A stretch of DNA of 64,000 nucleotides from Eledone cirrhosa. Lineage: Eukaryota. Made by a program: the position numbers and the translations under genes. Of this stretch, positions 12,961 to 25,004 are shown one piece after another; the first letter of the stretch is position 1; every line of letters begins with the position of its first letter. The notes beneath the pieces were generated by a model. The model ran no database searches. It was not told the DNA's origin and worked only from the letters and a program-made list of their open reading frames with translations. Where the stretch lies: positions 164,362,001-164,426,000 of the forward strand of contig OZ024743.1 of assembly GCA_964016885.1 (NCBI GenBank). Reading direction: 5' to 3'.

Positions 12961-15900
12961 CATCATCATCACCGTTTTACGTCCGTTCTTCCACGCTAGC
13001 ATGGGTTAGACGGGTTGTCCTGTTGTGGGCAGTGTCTGGTCGGCTGACCATGCCTTGCTCATAAAGGAACTGATGTTCTTAATTTCTACAGCTGGATGCC
13101 CTTCCCAACACCAACCTCATTTACAGTGAGTGCTGGGTGCTTTTTCGTGGCGCATACATGTCCACTTTACAGTGTGGGCTGGGTGCTTATTTGCCGTGGC
13201 ACCTCCACGACCACCTTGCGGTGGGGGGGGGGGCATATTGTCTATATGCTTCAGCTTGTACCCATGGGAGGTCGGGTACTCTGTATTACTGCGTGACGCC
13301 AGAGGTCACGGTCGTGTGTCATCGCCTTTGAGAGGTGTAATTGGGTAAGGTCAACTTTTATCACCTCATCCCAGGTCATCTTGTGTCTCCCCACACCGCG
13401 GTTTCCATCGACTTCTAGTGCTCTGCACCTTTTTATGCAGCTGTTATCCTTCATACGGATCACATGTCCATACCAACACAGCCGCTTCTCCTGCACACAG
13501 CATTTGATTCCTCTTATGCCCAGTCTCTCTCTCAATTCATTTATGCTTTGTCGTTCACGTATATTACTATTACACATCCATCGGAGCATGCAGGCTTCGT
13601 TTCTCTCTAATCTACGTAAGTCTTCCACCTTCAGCGCCCAGGTCTCACTACCATGCAACATCGCTGTTCAGATACACGCATCATACAGTCTGCCTTTCAT
13701 TTTGAGGGAGAAGCCTTTTGCAGCTAGCAGTGGTAGTAGTTCCCTAAACTTCTTCCATCCCGTTCTTACCCTAGTTATTGTACTTTCTGAACACCCATCT
13801 CCGCTGCTAATTCGGTCACCTAAGTAGCAGAAGCTGTCTACTGTTTCTACAGAGCCCTCCCAGAGATTGGTGGTACTTGTTTCCTGTGGCTGTTTGCTGC
13901 TTGCTGTCCCAGCACAGCTGCTGCATGTGAAGCCTACATTCTTAATTAAGCTTCCTGAGATACCGCTACATCTCTTGTGTACCCATTGTTTGCATTTGGG
14001 GCAGAGAATGGAGTTCCTACCTACCCCTTTCCTACATACTGAGCAAGGCCATTTCCCTGAGGGGATCTGGGTTCTGTTTTCTCGTCTACTTACAAGGACC
14101 TTAGTCTTTGTCATGTTGACTTTGAGACCCTTACTCTCTAGTCCCTGCTTCCAAGCTTGGAATTTCTTCTCTAGTTCTACCATAGATTCAGCTATAAGTG
14201 CGAGGTCATCAGCATACAGGAGTTCCCATGGGCATCCGGTCTTGAACTCCTCCGTTATTGCCTGCAGGACTATGATGAACAGGAGGGGGAAAAGAACTGA
14301 GCCCTGGTGGACCCCAACCTGTACGCTAAATTCCTCGCTATACTCATTGCTAATCCTAACTTTGATGACTGCTCCCCTATACATGGCTTGTACAGCTTTC
14401 ACAAGCCATTCATCTATCATCTACATCTACTCCTAGTTTTCTAAGAGCCCACCAGATTACAGCACATGGAACTCTGTCAAAGGCTTTCTCAAGATCGACG
14501 AATGCCAGGTAGAGTGGCTTACTTTTAGCTAGGTATTTTTCCTGTAACTGCCTCACAAGGAAGAGGGCATCAGTGGTGCCATTTCCTGGTACAAACCCAA
14601 ATTGCATCTCATCTATTTTCACCCGGTCCCTAATTAACTCTTTCTGTTACTTTCATGACCTGGTCCATCAGCTTTATTCCTCTATAGTTTCCTCTATCAA
14701 GTGCATCACCTTTGCCTTTGTAGCAGTTGACAATGATGCTACTGCACCAATCTTTTGGTATGACACCTAGTATTACCTGGTTAACAATACATGTGGTTAT
14801 AGTGTGACCTACAGACCAGATGCCTTCAGCATCTCGGCAGCTATACCCGATGGACTGGTTGCCTTCCCCATCTTCATATCTTTGATTGCTTTACTTACTA
14901 CGCTGCTGCTGACTTGTACTGCTGGCCCCTCTATAGGGTCTACTTGGGGTAGGGTCTACTTGGGATAGGGTCTCTTCTTCCCATGCATTCTCCTCATTTA
15001 GTAATCTATCATAATGACTCTTCCATGCATCTTTCTTCTCAGCACTTGTGAGGGCAAGCTCAGCTTTATCATTCCGGATACACTTCTCTCCAATGACATC
15101 ACAATTCTCTCTGACACACTGTCTCGCAATCTTGAACACCTCCTGTTTCTGGTCCTCACATTGCAAAACATGCTTGAATTTTCTATCCTCTGCTTCCCTC
15201 CTAGCTAAGTATACTTGTCGCCTAGCTTCCCTCTTGGTCTCTATTTAATGTACCCTGCTCCCCCCCGTTCTTCCACTCTTTCCATGCCTGTCTCTTGGCC
15301 TTAACTGCCTCATCTACCTTATTGTTCCACCACCAAGTCACTCTCCTCCTGCTTGTGGTCTTACTCCAGCCACAGACCTCATCCGTCGCCTCTAGTAAGT
15401 TAATTTTTAGGAACTCCCAGTGCTCTTCTACATTGAATGTCTGTATCTTTTCTTCTTTACTGTCATAGGCGTTGAGTAAAATATCTTTAAATCTGTTACT
15501 GGTTGAGGGGTCTTTCAGCTTCCAGATCTTTCTTCTCCAGGTTGGCCTCTGTTTCCAGATTCGTCTAGTTCTGACTGTGAGGTCGCTGACAACTAAGCTA
15601 TGTTGGGATGTACATTCCTCACTAGGGAAGGCTTTTGTGTTTACGACCGTCCATCTATCTGACTAGAATGCTCCCCTGATCTATAGGTGATCAGGTGGTT
15701 GTCGGGTTTTTTGAAGTTTGTGTTACATATCGACATGTCATTGGCATCGCAGAATTCTAGAAGTCTGAATCCTTCCTCATTTCTTGTGCCAACACAATGG
15801 CCTCCATGGACTCTATTGAAGCCGTCGCAGTGTTTACCTACGTGTCCGTTAAAATCTCCTGCGATGATTAGGAAGTCATTGTCGTTTGTTAGAGCAGTAG

Positions 15901-16021
15901 TGTGCATTAGGGACTCGTAAAACCTATCCTTAAGTTCGTCTGGCAGGCCCGATTGGGGTGCGTAAGCTGATATTATTGTGGTAATTGTTTTACTCAGGAC
16001 TAGTCCGAGTTTAATGATTCT
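12961..16021 (-). pseudogene. RTE family B, long decayed copy (5'-truncated within the endonuclease)
   Basis: [32 protein letters not shown]-like Cys motif; many indels; (ATC)n tail at 12961. Confidence 0.92.
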
Positions 16022-16052
<31 letters not shown>

Positions 16053-16059
16053 TATAAAT

Positions 16060-16090
<31 letters not shown>

Positions 16091-16133
16091 AAAATAGACA
16101 AAGAAGCCTTCAATACATCAAAAGTCTTTATTA

Positions 16134-16175
16134 GCCTACAAAGTTTCGTCCCATTAATAAGGACTCATCAGGGCA
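16134..16175 (-). ncRNA. Canonical minimal type I hammerhead ribozyme
   Basis: Minus strand GCC-CTGATGA-GTCCT-TATTAAT-GGGAC-GAAAC-TTT-GTA-GGC, followed by AATAAA. Confidence 0.85.
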
Positions 16176-16203
16176 AGTAAACATTAACGTCCAGAACAAG
16201 CCA

Positions 16204-16642
16204 AATACGTGACGTATTCTATTCTATAGCGATTAGGTCTTCAAAATGTTTATTATAAACATACAGCATATTTTCGAATATTCTATGTCTATATTCACAT
16301 ATATATCGCTATTTCAGAGCATTTATTCCAATTTCTAATTTCTGCCGGACCGGCAACCGCTCTTTCAAGCCAGTTCCTGTACACAGCTAAGTATTCTATA
16401 AGTCTCTAGCTGTGTCATTCTCGATAAAAGCACTGGATATGTAATCCTGAAGATTTCTAATAAGAATGAAACGCGTAGGTTACTTCCCTTGCTTTTATCG
16501 AGAATCTAATTGTAATACGTGACGTATTCTATTCTATAGCGATTAGGTCTTCAAAATGTTTATTATAAACATACAGAATATTTTCGAATATTCTATGTCT
16601 ATCTTCACATATATATCGCTATTTCAGAGCATTTAATCCAAT
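16204..16642 (+). mobile_element. Retrozyme-like partial tandem, 310-bp period
   Basis: 129-bp direct repeat at 16204-16332 and 16514-16642 flanking an HHR; multiple internal hairpins. Confidence 0.6.
16441..16483 (+). ncRNA. Type I hammerhead ribozyme
   Basis: GTAATC-CTGAAGA-T-TTCT-AATA-AGAA-T-GAAAC-GC-GTA-GGTTAC; stem I extended by a perfect 16-bp helix 16417-16432/16490-16505. Confidence 0.85.
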
Positions 16643-16825
16643 ATATAAATATATATATATATAAATATATAAATATATTACTAATTCTCACTTATTCCTA
16701 ATTAAACTATTTTTCACTGTGAACAATTTGTCAGCATTTTCTTTTCCGTTTACCAATATATCATAACTTGTGTGTTACACCTCTATTCTTTTAAATATCA
16801 TATCCTCACACGAGATACAGAAAAT

Positions 16826-18122
16826 GCTAACAAAAACGGATACAACTCTTAACACAAATGAAGAGATTCTACAGGAACTCAAGAAAATTAACACCAACCT
16901 ATCTGTGCTGGTCGACAAACTTGACTCCACAAATAAGGAAACCGTCACCGGATACAAACCCTCCGAAATCGGCGATAACCTCCAAAACCTTTGCGATACT
17001 ATCCAAACTATGTTCACTACTACCAACCCAGGAAAAACCAACGAAGAACCATGTGAGATTGATTCATACAAAATGAAAATTCAAACAATTCCAAATGGGA
17101 ACAAATCCCTCAGAGACAGAAAGTTCTCATTCTGGAAGATGATACAAAATCACAACAAAGCGGAGATATATGAAAAATGGCTTAACTCAACCCCTCTAAC
17201 TCTCTCCCGTAAAATACAAATAAAGTCCATTCCAAATGAATCCGAACCTCAAAGACACCTTAGGGAAAGAATGGCATTGGAAAAAATGAAGACAGAAATT
17301 GAACTTCTTAAATTGAGGGCTCAGACAAATGAGGAAAAAAATCAAAACCATCGATGAAGAGATCCTCCTGGAAATCAACAATAAAACTGAAGGCCCCAAG
17401 GTAGAGAAGATCTCCAAATTATGGAAAGGGGACTGCAACAGAGAAGAACTGAAATCCCTTCAACGCTGGGAAAAAAGTGCCGCTTGGTTCCTACACTATG
17501 AATCGACTTTTCAAACGGATTACACCTCCAATAACCCGTTCATAAAAATAGGAAAACCCATAACTGAACTGCACAACAACTTCGCAAACCCCCCAGCCAC
17601 TAACAAACGAAGAAGGAAGCACCACACCGAAGATGAACTTCCCAACCTCGCTACCATAAGAAGGAACAAAAACCCTAGAAATCATCTCCCCCAGAATGAC
17701 ATTTACAACTTTCCTCCTTCAAGGAGATACCATACCAAATCACTCAACTCCTACGCGGATGCCTCATCGTCAAACATAGGGAAAAGATACCACCACCATG
17801 ATAGATGTAACAACTTCCCCGCTTCAAGGGGACAGCAAGGTAATTTCCATTTTCTCAACTCTCACTTCCACAACAAACCCACACCACACGATACAACCAA
17901 CGTAGGCCACCTATAACACCACAATCCAACATGGCACATAGAAACACACACCCATACTCACAGTACAGGAACACCCCATTCAATCTACAACCACTAACCC
18001 GAACCACATTTTACAACAACAAGGAATATAACAAACACAGGAGACCACTTAACATCAGCAGACAACTCCTCTACCCCAACCATTTTTTAGACACAGCACA
18101 CAGATACAGGCAAACAAAATAA
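16826..18122 (+). pseudogene. Upstream ORF (ORF1-like, coiled-coil/basic) of the Penelope-like element, broken into three pieces
   Basis: ORF pieces 16770-17357, 17329-17916 and 17931-18122; first break at an A7 run; no recognisable domain. Confidence 0.6.
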
Positions 18123-20405
18123 CACAAGACAGGGAGGAGAAACCGAGAGTAATAAAAATTATCAATCTAACTAGTGCAGAACCAACACCCAACCTTATCA
18201 ACTTACTCTCCAAAGGTCTTAAATTCACACCGACCCCACTACGTCCTAACTACTATGAAATGAAGGAAGACATCACAGACTTCTGTAGAAAGTTACGACT
18301 CAGTGAAGAACTATTCGACCAGTACAATGAGGATGAATCATTAGCCAGAAATAGAAGCAATTACACCCCATCAAAAGGTAGAAATAAAATCCTGGACGAA
18401 TTCTGTGAACACATCACAAACTTCCCTTACCAACACTTGCACAGACAAAAACACAAGCCAAACCTCAACAAGAAAGAATGGGAAGAATTAAATAGATTAA
18501 AAACCGACAGAACCATTACAATTAAAGAGGCTGATAAAGGGAATACAGTAGTCCTAATGGAGACAGAATTCTATATCAACTTAGCGCTCTCCACTTTGGA
18601 AAACGAAACATACTACGAAAAGGCTGAACACTACAATCAACAGAAAATTATGAGAAACCTAAAAACTCTGATCAACCAATACAAAGAAGGACTCACTAAC
18701 AAGGAATTCAGCTTCATCACAGACTTCACAAGTAAATCCAGCCTTTTCTACGGTATCCCTAAAGTACATAAAAGCGAATTAATAAGTAAGGCATGCAAGG
18801 AAGCCACAGACAGTCATCAATGTCCCCTCACCCAATGATGTCAAATTAAGACCTATAATAGCAGGCCGCGCTTGCGAAACCCACCGCCTTAGCAACTTCA
18901 TTGATACCATTCTCAAGCCTTTTCTCAAACACATCAAAAGCTATATAAGGGACGACCTAGATATGCTCAATCACCTCCCTAATATGCCCCTTTCTGAACA
19001 AACCATACTAGTGACGTTCGATGTAGTTAACCTATACTCCAACATCCCCCACAACCTAGGAATAGAAGCTATCCAATTCTGGCTGGATAATTACCACAAT
19101 GAACTCCCACAACGCATCAAAAAAGAATTTGTGATAGAGGGACTCAAATTTATCTTGGAGAACAATTACTTCGTTTTCAATAACAAACCCTACAGGCAGA
19201 AATCTGGGACCGCTATGGGAACGAAAACAGCCCCCACTTATGCCAACCTAGTCATGGGATACCTGGAAAATCACCCTCTACACTAAAGTCCTAAACAAAT
19301 TTGGAAACACTCTCCACTTACACATAGAAAGGAACTGGAAGCGATATCTAGATGACTGCTTCATCCTTTGGCACGAAAACATCGAGAAACTTAAAGAATT
19401 TCACACCCTTATAAATGGGCTCAACACGAATATTAACTTCACGATGGAATACAGCCATCAACAACTCCCCTTCCTCGACATCCTCATTAAGATCCATAAC
19501 AAAAAAATAGAAACAGACATATACTACAAGCCCACAGACTCCAAGCAATATCTTCCTTTCAACTCTTGCCACCCTAGACACGTTAAAATTAATATTCCCT
19601 ACAACTTAGCCAAGAGAATCTGTACTATAGTCTCCAATAAAAACACCTGCTACTTACGGCTACAAGAACTAAAGGACACACTCATAGGCAGGGACTACCC
19701 TGCATCACTAATTGACAATGGAATCCAACGTGCCCTAAAACTCAGTACCCAGGACCTTAGACACCCTAAAGTAAATCAACCGAAACTAAAAGCTCTTCCA
19801 TACATCTCCACACACAACCCCCTCAACAATGAGGCCTTTGACACCATCCTCCAGAACATCCCTGTGTTGTAAAAGGACCATAGAATGAACCAAATCCTAC
19901 GAACACACGATATCATAAAGAGCAAAAGACAATCTAAGTCAATGAAAAACATCCTAACACATGCCAAAGTACTGCCAACCACAACAACGAAACCCAGAGT
20001 AAAAAAATGCGATAGACCCAACTGTGGCATATGCATCAACCTAATAGAGGGTTCGGAATTCTATTTCAAAGAAGGACAACGTTCTATAGTAAAACACAAT
20101 TTCACATGCGCATCAGAAAATCTAATATATGTATTAACTTGCTCAGGTTGTCGATAACAATACATAGGCCAGACCAAAAACAGCTTCCGCCAACGCATCA
20201 CTGTCCATAGATCCCAAATTAAAATACGGGAATACAGGAGAATACCACTGAGAACACATTGATACCTGTGCCGCCCAAAATCATCCCAACTTCAGAATCT
20301 TTCCCCTCTACAAATTTAAAGATAATGCCACCCACACCCAGCGCATCAGCAAGGAATCTTACTTTATTAACAAATACGGACCCCGTCTAAACACTTCTCC
20401 CTAAG
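18089..20405 (+). pseudogene. Penelope-type reverse transcriptase + GIY-YIG endonuclease, frameshifted
   Basis: ORF pieces starting 18260, 18963, 19444 and 19885 carry consecutive RT and EN motifs. Confidence 0.9.
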
Positions 20406-21852
20406 ACAAACCCACAACATACACACGTCAACATACATACCTACATCAGCATACATCTCTACCCACATATAAACACAATGACATACGTAAACACACATGT
20501 TCTATGGTGCAACATAAATATACACAAGTTTGCATACCTTTTGATGTCTATAGATATAAACGTGCCGACACACACACATACATAAACGCACAACATGCAT
20601 TGCACACTGATGGGTACATACATATTTGTACACAAGTATTTCAATACGGCAAGGCCTAATGGATTCCCCTTGCAGTACGTACAATCTGGACACACTCCAG
20701 ATACATATTTGTACACAGGTATACAATTTCTGGACACACTCCAGATACATGTGTACAATTTGTACACAAGTATACAATTTGTGTACAGGTATACAATTTC
20801 TGGACACACTCCAGATACATATTTGTACACAGGTATTCCAATACGGCAAGGCCTAATGGATTCCCCTTGCAGTACGTACAATCTGGACACACTCACACAC
20901 ACCTTGGTATTATGCCAATACTATATATCATTTCACACCTTATATTATTAAGGTTTTTGATGTTCTATTGAGAGAATCGATTTCACTGAAAATATCGAAT
21001 AATGTACACCATTTTACCAGTATCACAAAAATATTTACTGGTCCACCCACACACACACACGTGTATGTGCACATACGCACATATATACACACACACATAC
21101 ACACGCGTACATTAACATACAAAGAGACATATATACACACACACACACACTTCTCCGTATAAGACAAGAGCTGAAAAATATCTTTTAACATGTTAAAATA
21201 TCCCCCACACATTCCTACTGACCATCCCTCTACCACGAATTACTCTGCTACACACACACACACACACACACACACTTGTCTTAATAGGCATTTGAACTGT
21301 CAACAGGCTGCGGTTCGCACACACATCCCTGCTGACCATTATCACAACAACGAACCTCTTTACTACTACTACTACACACACACACACACACACACACACA
21401 TATTTGTTTTGAAAGACTTATTTTTCAGTGACTTCTCAATCAGCCGACACAAACCTACATTTGGCGCAAAATCAATTTTTAACATTCACATGACCTCTAC
21501 TGACCAATCAAAATTGGTTTGACCACACAAATTTTTGCAACACGGATTGGCGCAAAGCTTATTTTAATACCGCTGGAGCCACTTTTTTAACATAAAAACA
21601 GGTAGAATTTCCAAAACTAATCAGATTAGAGCAAACATCATGGACGCTCTATCTCAAAATTATTTTTGAAAAGCATTAGAAATGCGCAACAGGTAAAACT
21701 TAAAACCAAAACTGAATACTAACCCATACTATTACTAATTCTCACTTATTCCTAATTAAACTATTTTTCCCTGTGAACAATTTGTCAGCATTTTCTTTTC
21801 CGTTTACCAATATATCATAACTTGTGTGTTACACCTCTATTCTTTTAAATAT

Positions 21853-21956
21853 ATAAATGTATATATATATAAATAAATAAATAAATGTATATATATATAA
21901 ATAAATAAATATATATATATATAAATAAATAAATAAATATATATATAAATAAATAA

Positions 21957-21987
<31 letters not shown>

Positions 21988-22702
21988 TATATATATATAT
22001 ATAAATAAATAAATATATATATATATAAATAAATAAATATATATATATATAAATAAATAAATATATATATATATAAATAAATAAATATATATATATATAA
22101 ATAAATAAATATATATATATATAAATAAATAAATATATATATAAATAAATAAATATATATATATAAATAAATAAATATATATATATAAATAAATAAATAT
22201 ATAAATAAATAAATATATATATAAATAAATAAATATATATATAAATAAATAAATATATATATATATATATAAATAAATAAATATATATATATAAATAAAT
22301 AAATAATATATAAATAAATAAATATATATAAATAAATAAATATATAAATATATATATATAAATAAGTAAATATATATATATATATATAAATAAATATATA
22401 TATAAATAAATATATATATAAATAAATATATATATATATATAAATAAATATATATATATATATAAATAAATATATATATATATATAAATAAATATATATA
22501 TATATATAAATAAATATATATATATATATAAATAAATATATATATATAAATAAATATATATATAAATAAATATATATATAAATAAATATATATATAAATA
22601 AATAAATAATATATATATATATAAATATATATATATAAATAAATATATATATAAATAAATATATATATAAATAAATATATATATAAATAAATAAATAAAT
22701 AA

Positions 22703-22733
<31 letters not shown>

Positions 22734-22734
22734 A

Positions 22735-22775
<41 letters not shown>

Positions 22776-22850
22776 TATATATATATATATAAATAAATAT
22801 ATATATATATATATATAAATAAATATATATATATATAAATAAATATATAT
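21853..22850. repeat. (TA)n/(TAAA)n microsatellite
   Basis: Directly visible; local 24-bp higher-order unit. Confidence 0.97.
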
Positions 22851-23250
22851 AACTCTGGATGTCGGTGAGCATGTCCAGCTAACCTCAGTCTCCTCTGTGT
22901 CACTTTTGAGCTGACTTTTGGGATGCTCCCATACAGCTCTGAGTTTTTCATCCTCAGTGTATACTGATTAATGTTCAGAGCCATCCTCAGCATTCTCGTG
23001 TAGCACCCATCCACCATCTGAGTGAGTTTCTTGGTCAGTGTCCAAGTCTCAGACCCATACAGCAGCACAGACTCCACTACATGGACACACTAGAAGAGGA
23101 AGACCAAGGTTAATGTATGTTGATGCCCTATGGACAGACACTGGTCTGTTGGAGATGCAGGACATGGCAGCGATAATGAGGGACAGAGACCGCTGGAGAG
23201 AACTCGTCCATGGATCTCGGCAATTTTACCCGCCTTAGATAGATAGATAT
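22851..23250. mobile_element. RTE/RTEX-like LINE 3' fragment with 5' inversion and (TAGA)n tail
   Basis: Minus 22851-23077 LLYGSETW...[13 protein letters not shown]; plus 23072-23238 RRGRP...RDRWR then TAGATAGATAGA. Confidence 0.85.
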
Positions 23251-23868
23251 ATATATAAATAAATATATATATATATAAATAAATAAATAAATATATATAA
23301 ATAAATAAATATAAATAAATAAATAAATATAAATAAATAAATATATATATATAAATAAATAAATATATATATATAAATAAATAAATATATATAAATAAAT
23401 AAATATATATAAATAAATAAATATATATATATAAATAAATAAATATATATAAATAAATAAATATATATAAATAAATAAATATATATATATAAATAAATAA
23501 ATATATATATATAAATAAATAAATATATATAAATAAATAAATATATATATATAAATAAATAAATATATATAAATAAATAAATATATATGAATAAATAAAT
23601 AAATATATATATATAAATAAATATATATATATAAATAAATATATATATATATAAATAAATATATATATATATAAATAAATATATATATATATATATAAAT
23701 AAATATATATATATATATATAAATAAATATATATATATATATATAAATAAATATATATATATATATAAATAAATATATATATATATATAAATAAATATAT
23801 ATATATATAAATAAATATATATATATAAATAAATATATATATAAATAAATATATATATAAATAAATAT

Positions 23869-23899
<31 letters not shown>

Positions 23900-23904
23900 A
23901 ATAA

Positions 23905-23937
<33 letters not shown>

Positions 23938-24067
23938 TATATATATATATAAATAAATATATATATATATAAATAAATATATATATATATAAATAAATAT
24001 ATATATATATAAATAAATATATATATATATAAATATATATATATATAAATATATATATATATAAATA

Positions 24068-24135
<68 letters not shown>

Positions 24136-24220
24136 AATATATATATATAAATAAATAAATATATATATATATATAAATAAATATATATACATATATAAAT
24201 AAATATATATATATAAATAA
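23251..24220. repeat. (TA)n/(TAAA)n microsatellite
   Basis: Directly visible. Confidence 0.97.
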
Positions 24221-24820
24221 ATATTGTTATACTTTGGGAGGGTCATGTTGCCAATAAGAAACACACGCACCAGTTGCTTTCACTTCAATTTATTATATAT
24301 TTATAAATTTATAAATTTACAAATCTACAAACTTATAAATTATAAATTTCTGGTTGGTTGGTTGGTTCCACAACCAGATAGTTGTTTATATATAAATAAA
24401 TAAACAAATAGAAAAATGAACACAAACACACACAGACACCCGGATGTGGCACATGCGCAAACTGAGCACACAACACACACACAGAAACAAAATGGCGTAG
24501 GATAGAAGAAAGAAAAGGCACAGAAACGAAGAAAGGAATCCCCAGTCACTGAAGAGGTCACAGAGTGTGTGACGAAAGGACTATGACTATATATATAAAC
24601 AACTATCTGGTTGTGGAACCAACCAACCAACCAGAAATTTATAATTTATAAGTTTGTAGATTTGTAAATTTATAAATTTATAAATATATAATAAATTGAA
24701 GTGAAAGCAACTGGTGCGTGTGTTTCTTATTGGCAACATGACCCTCCCAAAGTATAACAATATCGGTTTCAACACACGATTTCAGATAAAGAATCTTGCT
24801 AAACAAATTCAGAAACGAAA
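24221..24820 (+). mobile_element. Penelope family X pLTR-only insertion with inverted terminal copy and 3' tail
   Basis: ~174-bp inverted repeat 24221-24394/24590-24763; spacer homologous to 12610-12800; unique 57-bp tail. Confidence 0.85.
24544..24588 (+). ncRNA. Type I hammerhead ribozyme with one extra nucleotide before stem II
   Basis: AGTCA-CTGAAGA-G-GTCACA-GAGTG-TGTGAC-GAAAG-GA-CTA-TGACT. Confidence 0.8.
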
Positions 24821-25004
24821 TATAAATAAATATATATATATAAATAAATATATATATATATATAAATAAATAAATATATATATATAAATAAATATATATA
24901 TATATATAAATAAATATATATATATATAAATAAATATATATATATATTAATATATATGTATATAACTAAATATATATATATATAAATATATATATATAAA
25001 TAAA

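Larger units (their letters stand above)
16676..21852 (+). mobile_element. Penelope-like element (Neptune-type Cys linker), full-length, decayed
   Basis: 123-bp direct repeats 16676-16798 and 21730-21852; SKGLKFTPTP, IKEADKG, FDVVNLYSNIP, GTAMGT, RYLDD, CDRPNCGIC linker, NLIYVLTC..YIGQT. Confidence 0.9.

Noticed and set aside
20618-20894. CRISPR-like repeat-spacer appearance
   Set aside because: The spacers are themselves repeats, the context is a eukaryotic retroelement and there are no cas genes
24221-24763. MITE or DNA transposon with long terminal inverted repeats
   Set aside because: The arms are the Penelope family X pLTR end seen at 12800-12940, and the spacer holds its hammerhead
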